Shown here piece by piece: positions 20,586 through 30,444 of a stretch of 52,508 nucleotides of DNA. The notes under the pieces were generated by a model, which was not told the DNA's origin, did not search any database, and was given only the letters and a program-made list of their open reading frames with translations. The DNA is from a virus (Duplodnaviria; Caudoviricetes). Position numbers and translations under genes: made by a program. The stretch lies in IMG/VR virus record IMGVR_UViG_3300032342_000012, positions 1 to 52,508 of that record; one strand, given 5' to 3'. Position 1 is the first letter of the stretch. Each line of letters starts with the position of its first letter.

Positions 20586-22001
20586 TTATCTATGCCAGTA
20601 TTTCCCACGAACCTTGTCATCTTGGTCAATATTAGGATCGTTGTAGTTGTATTTTGGTGAGTGTGTAAAGTCACTTGCTGTAGGCGATCGACCCCACGGT
20701 TCATGTGATGGAACACGATTGGTCCAAAATGCTGGCTGTTCGGCCGGTGATGCAGCCGGCGCCGCATTGGGACCATTAAGGTGAATTTGTGCACCTGTTT
20801 CAACGATATTACCACTTGCAAAAAGATTCATCTGGCCGTCAGATGTTAGGTGTAGAGTTGATCCAGTTTTGACGTGTATTGCACCTTTTGCTTCTGTAAA
20901 GTTGCTACCATTACAAAATGTTCGAATGTTTCCAGCACTACGAATGTGGATATCATTGTTCGTTTGTATACGTAGTTCGCCTTGAGAAACCATGTGAATT
21001 CCTTCCTTAGCGAACATCCGTATCGTCTTACCAGACGTAAAGTTCATTTCGTTTGTTGAATGAACTGATAGTCTCTTACAGAAGACATCGACGTTTCCAT
21101 CCTGATCAATTTGAACCCAGTTCTCACCTTCAGCGGTGTTAATATAGATTCGTTCGTTTGTGTCGTCTAGGATAATTTGATGTCCAGCAGATGTGCGAAA
21201 TCTCATTCTACAGTTTTCGACCCGATCGTCCATAGAGATAGAATGAAACCCTGGTGTTGTCCACCCATGAGTTAAGGAATCATAGTTTTGACCAGTTACT
21301 TCAGATGGTGTATTTGGATCAATTCTACTTTTTGCATAACCACTCTTTGAATTGATTACGTTACCGTCATCTTCTGTAAACGGAAAGTTATAATCATCAG
21401 GAGATTTTGCAACAACTCCAGGATTAATCTGAAGAATAATCTGATCATTGCCACCAACGCTATGATCAGCACCACGCGTTCTCCATTCGTAGTTTCCTTG
21501 ACGACCACCAAATGCTTTTGACTGATTTTCGTATAATGGTTGGATTGGTTGTTCTTCGCCAGAAAGAGGTCCTTCGGGTTGTCCTTTGTTTGATACGGCT
21601 TGTGATGACGTGTCATAGAGGTAACGACCGTGAGGCATTGTATGGACGGCTGTTTCTGTTGGAAGACATCCAAGCCAAATTCTTTGCATTGGATCAGCAT
21701 TGATGCAAGCAACAAGTACGGAGGAACCAATTTTTGGAATGCTCCAGAACCCATATGCAACGGATCCTAGAGTCGGTTTTTCGTCCGAAGAACCACGAGA
21801 CGCGGTATCAGAACGAACTGTTCCTGCTACCGGCGAAACATATTGACACCAAGGAAGGTCTTCTGTCTTATGATATTGTCGATCGCCGAAAGCTGGAACA
21901 CGAGCTCTTACCCTACCCATTTCGAGAGGATCGTTTGTATCGATAACAACACCAATAGTGATCGTGTGATAGATTAAGTCAATCTTACTTGCTAAGTTCA
22001 T
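20586..22001 (-). CDS. Baseplate hub/spike protein, gp5/VgrG-like (OB fold plus beta-helix, no lysozyme domain visible)
   Basis: GVVIDTNDPLEMGRVRARVP, LPW, PKIGSSVLV, RTSAGHQIILDDT, C-terminal beta repeats, RVPSHEPW. Confidence 0.85.
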   Translation of the reverse strand: MNLASKIDLIYHTITIGVVIDTNDPLEMGRVRARVPAFGDRQYHKTEDLPWCQYVSPVAGTVRSDTASRGSSDEKPTLGSVAYGFWSIPKIGSSVLVACINADPMQRIWLGCLPTETAVHTMPHGRYLYDTSSQAVSNKGQPEGPLSGEEQPIQPLYENQSKAFGGRQGNYEWRTRGADHSVGGNDQIILQINPGVVAKSPDDYNFPFTEDDGNVINSKSGYAKSRIDPNTPSEVTGQNYDSLTHGWTTPGFHSISMDDRVENCRMRFRTSAGHQIILDDTNERIYINTAEGENWVQIDQDGNVDVFCKRLSVHSTNEMNFTSGKTIRMFAKEGIHMVSQGELRIQTNNDIHIRSAGNIRTFCNGSNFTEAKGAIHVKTGSTLHLTSDGQMNLFASGNIVETGAQIHLNGPNAAPAASPAEQPAFWTNRVPSHEPWGRSPTASDFTHSPKYNYNDPNIDQDDKVRGKYWHR

Positions 22002-22654
22002 GTAACCTCTCTAAACCACGTCCTGTAATCACCTGTAAATAGTCCAGGATTGTGCAGATATGGCATTTCGGTTGTCATCTGAAGACGTACCTGAAATAGG
22101 TCACCAGCAAGTATTTGCGTTGTCACATTGATAAAATGGGGAAGACTTGGGTAGATAATTAGTGTTCCTCGTTGAGGATTAAATCCAAAACCATATTGTG
22201 GGAACTCAAGTTTACCGCCAAACACTTCAAAATCTCCATCAAATGGAACTTGACTTTGATAGTCACAAAGGAATAGGACCATAGTGAAATCTCTATCTTT
22301 TGTTTTTACCCATTTCTTTCTAAGGTATGAAGAATTTTCACATACAAAGTTACTATTGTTACACCCTTCGGGGTACCACTCAATTTGTAGGTCATTTATT
22401 GAACGGTACTTGACGTTAAAGTGGTTTTCAATTTTAGGAACGATCTCGGTTTTGATTCGTTCGCAAATAAGGTCTTCAACAGCGTCATGCATTTTTTTCA
22501 TCATGATCGGCTTTCCGTCCTTATCTACGTTAGGATCGAATGTGTCATCGTACGTTAGTGCAATAATATGTTCACACAATAATGGTGAGATGAAATCCTG
22601 TACGATAAAAAATGGCGACTTGGGTGGTAATGGTGGTAACGGACTACCTTGCAT
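21998..22654 (-). CDS. 2OG-Fe(II) oxygenase-like (prolyl hydroxylase fold) protein with degenerate metal ligands
   Basis: RDFTMVLFL, FGGKLEFP, PQRGTLIIYPS motifs; the expected HxD site reads VCE. Confidence 0.7.
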   Translation of the reverse strand: MQGSPLPPLPPKSPFFIVQDFISPLLCEHIIALTYDDTFDPNVDKDGKPIMMKKMHDAVEDLICERIKTEIVPKIENHFNVKYRSINDLQIEWYPEGCNNSNFVCENSSYLRKKWVKTKDRDFTMVLFLCDYQSQVPFDGDFEVFGGKLEFPQYGFGFNPQRGTLIIYPSLPHFINVTTQILAGDLFQVRLQMTTEMPYLHNPGLFTGDYRTWFREVT

Positions 22655-22701
22655 CTTATATGTCCTCCTATTATAGAGGTATATATCACAGGGTTATCTG
22701 T

Positions 22702-23736
22702 TTACTTTTCCATCAATTTAAGGAGAAGGCGGACAACTTCTTCATTTGTGGTTTTAGGCTCTTCATATTCAATGGGTGTGAATTCAATCAATATATTGTT
22801 GAGTGATTGCCAGTCGAATGATTCCATTTTTGGATCAATGAGGAATTTTCCCTTCTTAAGAAGGTTCATTCCAATTAACAATGGATCTTCCATGTTTGAC
22901 CGATCGTTGAGATTGAACATAATATCCTCATGCAATTCGTCCTTGATTTTAACGTTGAACGTTATGACAGGTCGTTGGTTAACTCCACCATCAGCTGATG
23001 CTATTGCCTGATAGTCAACAACGGGAACTGTATAACGACGGTCGTTAAAAATGAATGATACGAGGTCAGCGTTTTCTGTTGATAGCGGATCTGGTCGAAT
23101 ACGTAGTTCTTCTGCATGGAGAGAACAGTATGTAGCACCTGTATCAACCTTCCCAACAATTGGCATGTTTTGGTTGAATCCGATTATAGTGACTTCAATT
23201 GTTGAGCCAATTGTACGTGCATCGTAATCGGTCTTAACCTTATTAACACGATCAGATTCTTTTTCGGTTTGTTGATTAAGTGGCTGTTCCTCATCTTGTT
23301 GTCCAAAGGGATTTGATGGATCGAAATTCATCGATGGAGTACCGTGTTGACCACTAGCATCGATGACACCATTTACAGACGTTTCTTTTCCTGTAGGTAC
23401 TCTCTGTGTTGGTTGTATCTGAGGACTATTGGGTGTACCATGAAGACTGTTACTATATGCCATAGATTGTGGCAAAGTAATAATTCCACTAGGTGCAATT
23501 TGTCCTTTCTTATTAAGGCCCCAGACAAATACGAGACTGTGGTCGGTTGGTGTCCTTTCGTCAGGACTATAAACGATAGTTGGTTTGAATTTATCGTTGT
23601 ACATCGATCGAACATTGTTTGTTCGATCGGCAAAGAAGTTGTATGTTATCTCACCAATTGATAGACGGTCAGGAAATGAAGAAACCTTACCTGAGAGGAA
23701 TGTTCGTTCTAGTGTTTTGACGTCATCAAATTTCAT
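22702..23736 (-). CDS. Retropepsin-like aspartic protease domain protein (RimK-associated 'ATP-dependent Zn protease' family) with an N-terminal extension
   Basis: GKVDTGATYCSLHA, RPVI, FNLNDRSNMEDPLLIGMNLL. Confidence 0.8.
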   Translation of the reverse strand: MKFDDVKTLERTFLSGKVSSFPDRLSIGEITYNFFADRTNNVRSMYNDKFKPTIVYSPDERTPTDHSLVFVWGLNKKGQIAPSGIITLPQSMAYSNSLHGTPNSPQIQPTQRVPTGKETSVNGVIDASGQHGTPSMNFDPSNPFGQQDEEQPLNQQTEKESDRVNKVKTDYDARTIGSTIEVTIIGFNQNMPIVGKVDTGATYCSLHAEELRIRPDPLSTENADLVSFIFNDRRYTVPVVDYQAIASADGGVNQRPVITFNVKIKDELHEDIMFNLNDRSNMEDPLLIGMNLLKKGKFLIDPKMESFDWQSLNNILIEFTPIEYEEPKTTNEEVVRLLLKLMEK

Positions 23737-23757
23737 ATCGAATGTCCTGTTTATTGT

Positions 23758-23765
23758 TATTTATA
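23758..23765 (-). promoter_or_regulatory. T4-type late promoter TATAAATA
   Basis: Exact motif overlapping the nuclease stop codon, upstream of the protease RBS. Confidence 0.6.
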
Positions 23766-24417
23766 CGAACTTTTGATAGAACTCTTTGATCCGTAATGTC
23801 AAAGGAACAATATATGGCTGAATTGACTTCTTAAACACCAACGGTAGTCCCTTTTCGACTGTAATCAGAGTGACAATTTGTGGTATTTCAATCTGGGTAC
23901 GTTCTGCAAATGCAAGACAGTAGAATGTTTCCTGTAAGTAATAGTCTTCAACCATCCAAGTGTGCTTCATGTTTGTTGATGATTTAAAATCAATGATTGA
24001 TGGGACACCAGCAAAATCAGCAATACAATCGACTCGCCCAGCCACTTGAAGAACGTCACTATATAGAGACTTTTCTTGGAGGTAGATATTATCAATCTTG
24101 TCGATGTATATCTTCAATTGATTGAATAGTTTGACAGTTGAATTGTCGTGGTCCCTTGTTGGATTTTCTTCGTTGTTAAGATACCGTTCAGCAACTTCGT
24201 GAACAGCTGTACCGCGCTTAGCAGCACGTTCCATCTCTTTGTCGGCCTTTTGATGACCAAGAGAGTTCCTCCATTCAACAAGGTACGGTTTTTCTTTTGC
24301 ACCAAGAACGGTTGTTATTGAAGGATAGTACTGACCATCAGGGGTTAGATACCACCTTTGTTTATTTGTCATTGTTGCCGGTAGGTTTGGAACACTAACG
24401 GGCTTGTGTGTAAACAT
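23761..24417 (-). CDS. PD-(D/E)XK exonuclease (phage exonuclease, Cas4-like superfamily)
   Basis: YPSITTVL, RGTAVH, AGRVDCIA, IIDFKSS, QxxxY. Confidence 0.85.
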   Translation of the reverse strand: MFTHKPVSVPNLPATMTNKQRWYLTPDGQYYPSITTVLGAKEKPYLVEWRNSLGHQKADKEMERAAKRGTAVHEVAERYLNNEENPTRDHDNSTVKLFNQLKIYIDKIDNIYLQEKSLYSDVLQVAGRVDCIADFAGVPSIIDFKSSTNMKHTWMVEDYYLQETFYCLAFAERTQIEIPQIVTLITVEKGLPLVFKKSIQPYIVPLTLRIKEFYQKFV

Positions 24418-24752
24418 TATGGGAAAGATGCTTTTCCTGGAGCTTGTTGTCCTTGAAAGCCTGTTTGAGCTGTCTGAGCTGGTTGTGTACCTGGTTTTTG
24501 ATTTGCTGCTTTGTCATTCTTGGCTTGCTCTGCATTGACTCTCTTTTGTTCAGCAGCTTGTTTCTGCGTTAGTGACATAACAGTACGTTGTAACTGAACG
24601 TTTTTGTCATCGTATTTCTTTGTATCACGAGCCTTTTGTGCAAGAGTAATAGCCTGTTGATTTTTTATCTGTGCAAGTTGTGTATCCAATTGACCAAGTT
24701 GATCTTGCTCCATCAGATCGAGATATTGTTTGAATGTTAGTTTATTGAACAT
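24417..24752 (-). CDS. Hypothetical Gln-rich coiled-coil protein, possible internal head protein
   Basis: N-terminal LTFKQYLDLME; 1-bp overlaps at both ends. Confidence 0.6.
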   Translation of the reverse strand: MFNKLTFKQYLDLMEQDQLGQLDTQLAQIKNQQAITLAQKARDTKKYDDKNVQLQRTVMSLTQKQAAEQKRVNAEQAKNDKAANQKPGTQPAQTAQTGFQGQQAPGKASFP

Positions 24753-26050
24753 TACCTATCCCAATTGTTTTCAACGCGACGTCTTTTGTCTTCTTCGTGC
24801 CATTCACTTTCTTGTTTGGCATAATCGAATGTCCCATTTGTTACACCTTGTGGAAGACGTTGGTTATGCTCACTGACAGTATCATTCAGCCAATCTTGAA
24901 GTTCTTCATAAGTCCTAACCATTGTAACAAAATCATCTTCTGAGTTCCTAAAAGCGCCGTTATTACGAATTGGATATACAATAATTATCTCACCTGGATT
25001 TGTATCAACCCAAACTGTATAATGTGGATTCGACCAAAGACCTATTCCGCCATTTTCTTCCCAACCATCGCCATCAAGTTGTCGATCAACACCACTATAC
25101 TGGCGATATCCTTCACCAAACATTCCCTGAACCATTCCATCTTCTGTTTCACGTGCTTGATCGTGACGGTACTTAGCCAACATTGTAAGTTTTCTTGCTT
25201 CTTTCTGGTCTTCCTTCTTCTGACGGTAGTACGCTTCAGCATCGAGAACTTCTTGTTCGGAACGAACTTTCTGTGTAGCAATCTGTGCGGTGTATTCAGC
25301 TTCTTTTGCGCGCGCCTCAGCAGCCTTAGCATCAGCTTCAGCCTTACGTGCTTCTGCATCGGACTTGAGCATGTCAATCACTTTATTAAGTGCAGACTTA
25401 ACACCTTCATCGGGACTTGGAGCCATTGCTCCCTCATCGCCAGGTGGAACTTCGTCCATGCCCTCTAAATCTGGTAGCTCTCCTTCATCACCACCCTCAA
25501 CATCTCCCTCACCCCCAGCTGGAAGTTCCTCTTCTTGATCTTCAGCAATATTTGGCCATTCAGTGTGAACAATGTCAAACCGGTTGTGAAGGTTAAACAG
25601 AAGTTCTGCAATCTCCGCAGAAGTGTTAACTGCGTCCTCTAATTGTGATGACACAGCTTGTTGAAAGTCATTAGCTTGTTCTGGACGAACGTAGACTTTT
25701 ACGATATTGCCCTGGTCATCTTGAAGACCGAAAGCAATTGTATTTTGTTGAAAGTCCATTTTCTTCTCAGCAGCCCGCATCTTTCCCTCTACATCAGCAG
25801 GAGAGAACATATTTTGTGCGTATTCGTTAAGAAGACCTGTAAGGAAACTTTGACGAAGCGATAGTTTGTTAAGAACGTCGTTTGCCTCGTTTTTGTATTT
25901 GATTACAGGAATACCAGCAACTTTCTGGCGACGACGGATTCCAGTGGACCCCTTGAGAAGACGAGAAGGAACAGCAGCGACAGCACCACCACCTACAGCA
26001 CCACCAGCACCACCAGCAGCACTCTCTTTAATTTTGTTTCGTTGTGTCAT
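24752..26050 (-). CDS. Hypothetical protein with acidic linker and coiled coil, possible internal head protein
   Basis: 432 aa; IKE followed by a Gly/Ala stretch; TAAATA at 26074-26079. Confidence 0.65.
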   Translation of the reverse strand: MTQRNKIKESAAGGAGGAVGGGAVAAVPSRLLKGSTGIRRRQKVAGIPVIKYKNEANDVLNKLSLRQSFLTGLLNEYAQNMFSPADVEGKMRAAEKKMDFQQNTIAFGLQDDQGNIVKVYVRPEQANDFQQAVSSQLEDAVNTSAEIAELLFNLHNRFDIVHTEWPNIAEDQEEELPAGGEGDVEGGDEGELPDLEGMDEVPPGDEGAMAPSPDEGVKSALNKVIDMLKSDAEARKAEADAKAAEARAKEAEYTAQIATQKVRSEQEVLDAEAYYRQKKEDQKEARKLTMLAKYRHDQARETEDGMVQGMFGEGYRQYSGVDRQLDGDGWEENGGIGLWSNPHYTVWVDTNPGEIIIVYPIRNNGAFRNSEDDFVTMVRTYEELQDWLNDTVSEHNQRLPQGVTNGTFDYAKQESEWHEEDKRRRVENNWDR

Positions 26051-26107
26051 AACAAACCTCAGTGTGTTTAGAGTATTTATTGTGACACAACGATTTATTG
26101 CACAAGA

Positions 26108-26578
26108 TTATTCTTTGTCCCAAGGCCAGGAAATTGACTCATCATCTTCGTCTTCGTCATCTTCGCCATCAGACCAATCTTCATCAGAATCTTCATCAGA
26201 ATCTTCATCAGAATCTTCATCATCTTCATCATCCATGAAAATGATGTCATCGACTTCCCAGATTCCGTAAATATTGAATGTTTTCCATTGAACTTCGATC
26301 GATTCGTTAAAGGTATGATCAACGAAATCTTCGAATGTGAACATTGAAGACATATGGTCCTTAACGTACTGAGCATACTCAGTAACATAATGTTCCATTT
26401 CTGCAACAGCGACTTCGTCATAGTCGTCACCAGAGACATCAATAGCTCTGATATATTCTTTAGGAATAGCAACAGGAACGATAAATCGTTCTACGATATC
26501 GCAATTCTTTTTTTCGTACTCAATCGCTACTGCGTGTCCTACCTCAAGTTTGACTTCATCGTCCTCATAATTAGCCAT
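26108..26578 (-). CDS. Hypothetical highly acidic protein with a (DEDS)n tail
   Basis: 156 aa; GGAAG RBS; 8-bp overlap with the upstream gene. Confidence 0.7.
   Translation of the reverse strand: MANYEDDEVKLEVGHAVAIEYEKKNCDIVERFIVPVAIPKEYIRAIDVSGDDYDEVAVAEMEHYVTEYAQYVKDHMSSMFTFEDFVDHTFNESIEVQWKTFNIYGIWEVDDIIFMDDEDDEDSDEDSDEDSDEDWSDGEDDEDEDDESISWPWDKE
26177..26222. repeat. 12-bp tandem repeat (ATCTTCATCAGA x3 plus a partial copy) encoding the DEDS tail
   Basis: Directly visible in the sequence. Confidence 0.9.
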
Positions 26579-26837
26579 TTGCAGCTTCCTTTTCAGTTGT
26601 TTGTGTTGCTGCGGTCTTTACGACCTCAGCAACGTGTTGACGAACAGCATTAATAATTGACTGTGCGAGTGTCTGCATTGCTGCGTCTGCAATGACGTGC
26701 TCATCTTGAGCATTTTGCTTTCGTTGAGTTGTTTCTTCGTACAGTTCAACTAGTTTTTTAACATTATCTGGAAGATTGACAATATCATGTTCAACATTAT
26801 CGACTCCAATTTTTGTTATTGGTTCTACCTTTTTCAT
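26571..26837 (-). CDS. Hypothetical coiled-coil protein
   Basis: 88 aa; AAGGAG RBS; ATGA overlap with the helicase stop. Confidence 0.75.
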   Translation of the reverse strand: MKKVEPITKIGVDNVEHDIVNLPDNVKKLVELYEETTQRKQNAQDEHVIADAAMQTLAQSIINAVRQHVAEVVKTAATQTTEKEAANG

Positions 26838-28165
26838 TTCTTCTCCTTATCTCCAAACATATCAAGTAGTTGTATTTGCTTTGTTGGAGTATTATCAGTT
26901 TTATTTACTTTTGGGTCTTTGTTTGATGGATTGGGTTTCGTGTTAAGTTTTAATCCTTGAGAACCGTCATTGCGGTTCTCAATTCGTAACGTTCTCAACC
27001 ACGTCAAATAGACAACCCTACCCGTTCCTTCACTGTTTCTTGTCTTACCAAACTGTAATGCTATTTCACCAGCTGCTCTCATTGATTCTGTTCTAAGAAT
27101 TGTCACAAGAACGTCTGTTGTGTTAATCTTACTAATACCACCAGCAATGTGACTGTGATCATGTGTCGTTGCCTTAACAGATTCTCTATTTAACTGTGAA
27201 GCTGTAATTCCAATCATATCATAGTCAACAAGAATCTCACGAAGTTCTTCTGATGAGTGTTTGTCCTTTGTAAAAAAATCACCAGCATTGACGTGTTCGT
27301 CTGGCGACATTAGGTCAAGATAGTCGACAATTAAAACATCAGGAATATAACCACGTTTAAGTTCAAACTCTTTAAGAAACGACCTAATATGTGATGGTTT
27401 TGTTGACGAAGGCATCTTCTCGATGACCAGCCGAAGAGAATCCTTCATCTGTCGTATCTTTTCCATTGCCTCCGTCATTCTTGTCATCATTTGGAATGAC
27501 GGTATTCCTGTTGCTATCGAGGTTGTCCTCTTATAAACCACGGGTACACCAAGTTCAAGAGTGATGTAAAGAACCTTCAATCCTTGTTCAGCATATCGAA
27601 CAGCAAGGTTTGTTAGAACAACAGATTTTCCAGCACCGGAATTACCTGCAACAATTAGAAGTTCTTGTCTGTTTAGACCTCCTTCAAGGATCTCATCAAA
27701 CTCTGTCCAAAGAGTTGGATATGGTTTGTACGATTCAAACGTCTTGGTTAGATAGCTTGCGTCTTCTGTAAAGTCGACACCAGCATTTCTATGTAAAGAT
27801 ACAAGTAACGCATCTGAAATTAGTGAACGGATCTTACCATAATCGCCCTTTTCTAGGTACGCTGGAGAAGCGAAGATTGCTTCTTCGATTGCACAATCAC
27901 GACAGAACGTTTCAATCTCTGTAGCACAATAATCAATTTGGTCACGAGTTAATATGTGCTTTGTTAACTTGACATCCGTTTCGGCAAAAATCTGTTCAAG
28001 TGATGGAACTGTACTGTAATCTTTATAGTACTTTTCTATAAACTTGACAATGTTGCGAAATTCAGGATTGAAGTATTGAGGTCTAACAATACCAAGACAT
28101 AGTGCATAAACATCTGGTGATGATATTAGATACTCTATAAGTAGTTTTTGCTTTTCTGACTGCAT
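26834..28165 (-). CDS. Replicative DnaB-like helicase (T4 gp41-like)
   Basis: Walker A GNSGAGKS, YITLE, VDYLDLM, TASQLNR, KTRNS. Confidence 0.93.
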   Translation of the reverse strand: MQSEKQKLLIEYLISSPDVYALCLGIVRPQYFNPEFRNIVKFIEKYYKDYSTVPSLEQIFAETDVKLTKHILTRDQIDYCATEIETFCRDCAIEEAIFASPAYLEKGDYGKIRSLISDALLVSLHRNAGVDFTEDASYLTKTFESYKPYPTLWTEFDEILEGGLNRQELLIVAGNSGAGKSVVLTNLAVRYAEQGLKVLYITLELGVPVVYKRTTSIATGIPSFQMMTRMTEAMEKIRQMKDSLRLVIEKMPSSTKPSHIRSFLKEFELKRGYIPDVLIVDYLDLMSPDEHVNAGDFFTKDKHSSEELREILVDYDMIGITASQLNRESVKATTHDHSHIAGGISKINTTDVLVTILRTESMRAAGEIALQFGKTRNSEGTGRVVYLTWLRTLRIENRNDGSQGLKLNTKPNPSNKDPKVNKTDNTPTKQIQLLDMFGDKEKK

Positions 28166-28187
28166 ATTACTCCTACCGTAATTAGAT

Positions 28188-28216
28188 ATTATACGATAGA
28201 ATCTTTTGGGTTACAA
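28188..28216 (-). promoter_or_regulatory. sigma70-type promoter for the helicase operon
   Basis: TTGTAA-17 bp-TATAAT. Confidence 0.7.
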
Positions 28217-29173
28217 CGTACCAAATCTGATTGGTGGGTAAATTTGCTTGATTAGTTCTGGTTGAACGAATAATTCAGCATCTTCTTGATATGTCAATAT
28301 CGCTGTTTGTGCAGTTGTGATTGTTGACATGGGCACAATATGGATAAAATCCTTATCTATTGTTGCATATGGAAACTTTCCAAGCAGGATATTAACCTGT
28401 TCAAGTGGATATGGAATAGGTCCAGGTAAGAATGCTCCAGTAAAATAGAACGGGGCATATTGTGCAATACTAAGAGAGTTAATAATTGACTCTATATTTG
28501 CTGTTCTAACTCGATATGATCTTCCGTTAATTAGAACTATTTCCGTATCGCCCCATGGTGATGCAAGTGACGATAGTGTTGAAAATGGGACATTAGTCGA
28601 TACAAGCGGAGAAGCATCGATGGGTGATAGGAACTGCATTGTTATGGTAACGTTTGCAAGTAGTTCTCGTGTTGCAATTGTTAGTTGACCTGTCGTTGAG
28701 ATTTGTTGTGCAACGACAGGTGATGCTACTGGAACGATTGCCGATCGTGGAGGTGCTGTAGATCTGGCAACACATTGTGCTAATCCTTCTTCAGAATCAT
28801 TGAATGTAAGTTCAACAGAATTTGGATCAATATACACAATCGATAATGGTTCAATTTCAATAAGATCGTCACCAACAAACTTATAAGCATACACAGCTGG
28901 GTTTACCCCAAGATTGTGTCGAATACTCCATGTGGTTGCGGGCCGTCCTTGTTCGTGAGTGAACAGAAGCTTTCTTGGACTCCAATCTTGTAAGCCAACT
29001 GCAAGTGGTGTTGGCTTTCCTGTCTGATATCCAAGCTTCCGTCCTGTCTTAATCAATGTCCCCTTACAACTTTGCGTAATGATACAATGAGTGAACACCT
29101 CGAACCCTGTTTTGTTTTCAGTTAGTTCAAGAGTCCGCTTGCATGTATCACACGTAAAGACTATAACGGCCAT
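28211..29173 (-). CDS. Structural/hypothetical protein with an N-terminal Zn-ribbon
   Basis: CDTC...C....C, plus the phage structural motif TWSIRHNLG..P. Confidence 0.6.
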   Translation of the reverse strand: MAVIVFTCDTCKRTLELTENKTGFEVFTHCIITQSCKGTLIKTGRKLGYQTGKPTPLAVGLQDWSPRKLLFTHEQGRPATTWSIRHNLGVNPAVYAYKFVGDDLIEIEPLSIVYIDPNSVELTFNDSEEGLAQCVARSTAPPRSAIVPVASPVVAQQISTTGQLTIATRELLANVTITMQFLSPIDASPLVSTNVPFSTLSSLASPWGDTEIVLINGRSYRVRTANIESIINSLSIAQYAPFYFTGAFLPGPIPYPLEQVNILLGKFPYATIDKDFIHIVPMSTITTAQTAILTYQEDAELFVQPELIKQIYPPIRFGTL

Positions 29174-29174
29174 G

Positions 29175-29486
29175 TTAACTCATTATGATTGATTTAGCAG
29201 AACCCGATGGGGGAAGTTGTAATCCTGAAACGTTCTCAAGATACATCATCTCTAGGTCCTTTGCGATTGATTGTGGTTCACAGGCTACAGCGTGTCTGTA
29301 AATATTATTCTTTCCTTCCATGTTGCTGACAATATATGGCATAAATCCAACTCCAAGCTTGTTTGGTCCTGCTGCTTGTGTGATAATTAGACGAACGCTC
29401 TCAAGAACCCATACGTCATTAATGACTGCATTAACTTTACCAATTATTTCCTCGCCACTGATCATTTTGAATGATTTGATCTCCAT
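29175..29486 (-). CDS. Small Sm/LSm-like beta protein of T4-like phages
   Basis: KMISGEEIIGKV, FMPY, Y..NVSGLQLP; AAGGAG RBS. Confidence 0.55.
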   Translation of the reverse strand: MEIKSFKMISGEEIIGKVNAVINDVWVLESVRLIITQAAGPNKLGVGFMPYIVSNMEGKNNIYRHAVACEPQSIAKDLEMMYLENVSGLQLPPSGSAKSIIMS

Positions 29487-30064
29487 TATGTTCTCCTTAT
29501 GGTGTTGTATAGTTTATAGTACTCAGGATATGTGTCCTGTCGTATTGCGTAAAATTTGTTAATTCCAAATATTAGTATCTCAGCACCACTCTGTATCCCT
29601 TCGTCAAGTGCTGTCGAGATATATGTATATGACACAAGCTCAGACAATAATTTCTGTATTGACACATCGTCAGTTTGTTCAATTAGGTGTTGAAATGTAT
29701 GACGATATTCTTGTGACGTACTCGTTACTGTTTCATTGTAAAGATATTTGTACCCATTCGTTGGGAACACGTAGTAGGATGCTTGATCACATTGTGAAAC
29801 GTATGATCCATTTGCAATAATTGCTCGTTGATAAATGTTTGAAATTCCATGTTGGTTAATAAAGGCACGATTGAATGATTCTATAAACGCATCGTTCTTA
29901 TTGCGGTGTCGTACTTTAACTTCGCGAAATATGGAACTATCAAAGGGAAGTCCTTTGAACAAAGGAAGCCCCTTTGACTCACAGATAAACTGTTGGCAAC
30001 ATTGTTGGACTGTAGAAAGAAACTTTGAAGTCTCTTGTTGTTCTAAAAGTTCAGTAAACCGCAT
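29486..30064 (-). CDS. Hypothetical protein, possible internal head protein
   Basis: MRFTELLE N-terminus; TAAATA at 30070-30075. Confidence 0.65.
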   Translation of the reverse strand: MRFTELLEQQETSKFLSTVQQCCQQFICESKGLPLFKGLPFDSSIFREVKVRHRNKNDAFIESFNRAFINQHGISNIYQRAIIANGSYVSQCDQASYYVFPTNGYKYLYNETVTSTSQEYRHTFQHLIEQTDDVSIQKLLSELVSYTYISTALDEGIQSGAEILIFGINKFYAIRQDTYPEYYKLYNTIRRT

Positions 30065-30121
30065 CGATATATTTATGTTATTGCGGACTAATCGTGGTGT
30101 TCTCCGTTTTGGGCTAACGTA

Positions 30122-30409
30122 TTAAGTTTCTTGCACCTTTACATTACGAGAGAGCTTTTCGATCGTCTCGTTAGCTTCTGCAACAAGTTTTGGAACAATA
30201 TATAACGGACTACGTTGTATATCATCAATCAGGTAACAGAAGTCAACCTGAAGTTGATACAATGCAGTCTTTGTTACAGTAAGATCCTTATGAACGGTTC
30301 GTGCTGCACGACCCATTCCTTGCGTTGCCTTCGCAAACGCATGGTTCAAGAATGTAACGATTTGTGGAATATCCAGTTCCTGCTTTTCCTGCTTTTGCCT
30401 TTCAGCCAT
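30122..30409 (-). CDS. Hypothetical protein
   Basis: Start moved to the ATG at 30409, which has a GAGGA RBS. Confidence 0.65.
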   Translation of the reverse strand: MAERQKQEKQELDIPQIVTFLNHAFAKATQGMGRAARTVHKDLTVTKTALYQLQVDFCYLIDDIQRSPLYIVPKLVAEANETIEKLSRNVKVQET

Positions 30410-30444
30410 TTTATCCTCTTTACAGAGTAGTTGAACAAAGTGCT

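Noticed and set aside
23761-24417. cas4 as part of a CRISPR system
   Set aside because: No Fe-S cysteine cluster, and no cas1/cas2 or array nearby; it looks like an ordinary phage PD-(D/E)XK exonuclease.
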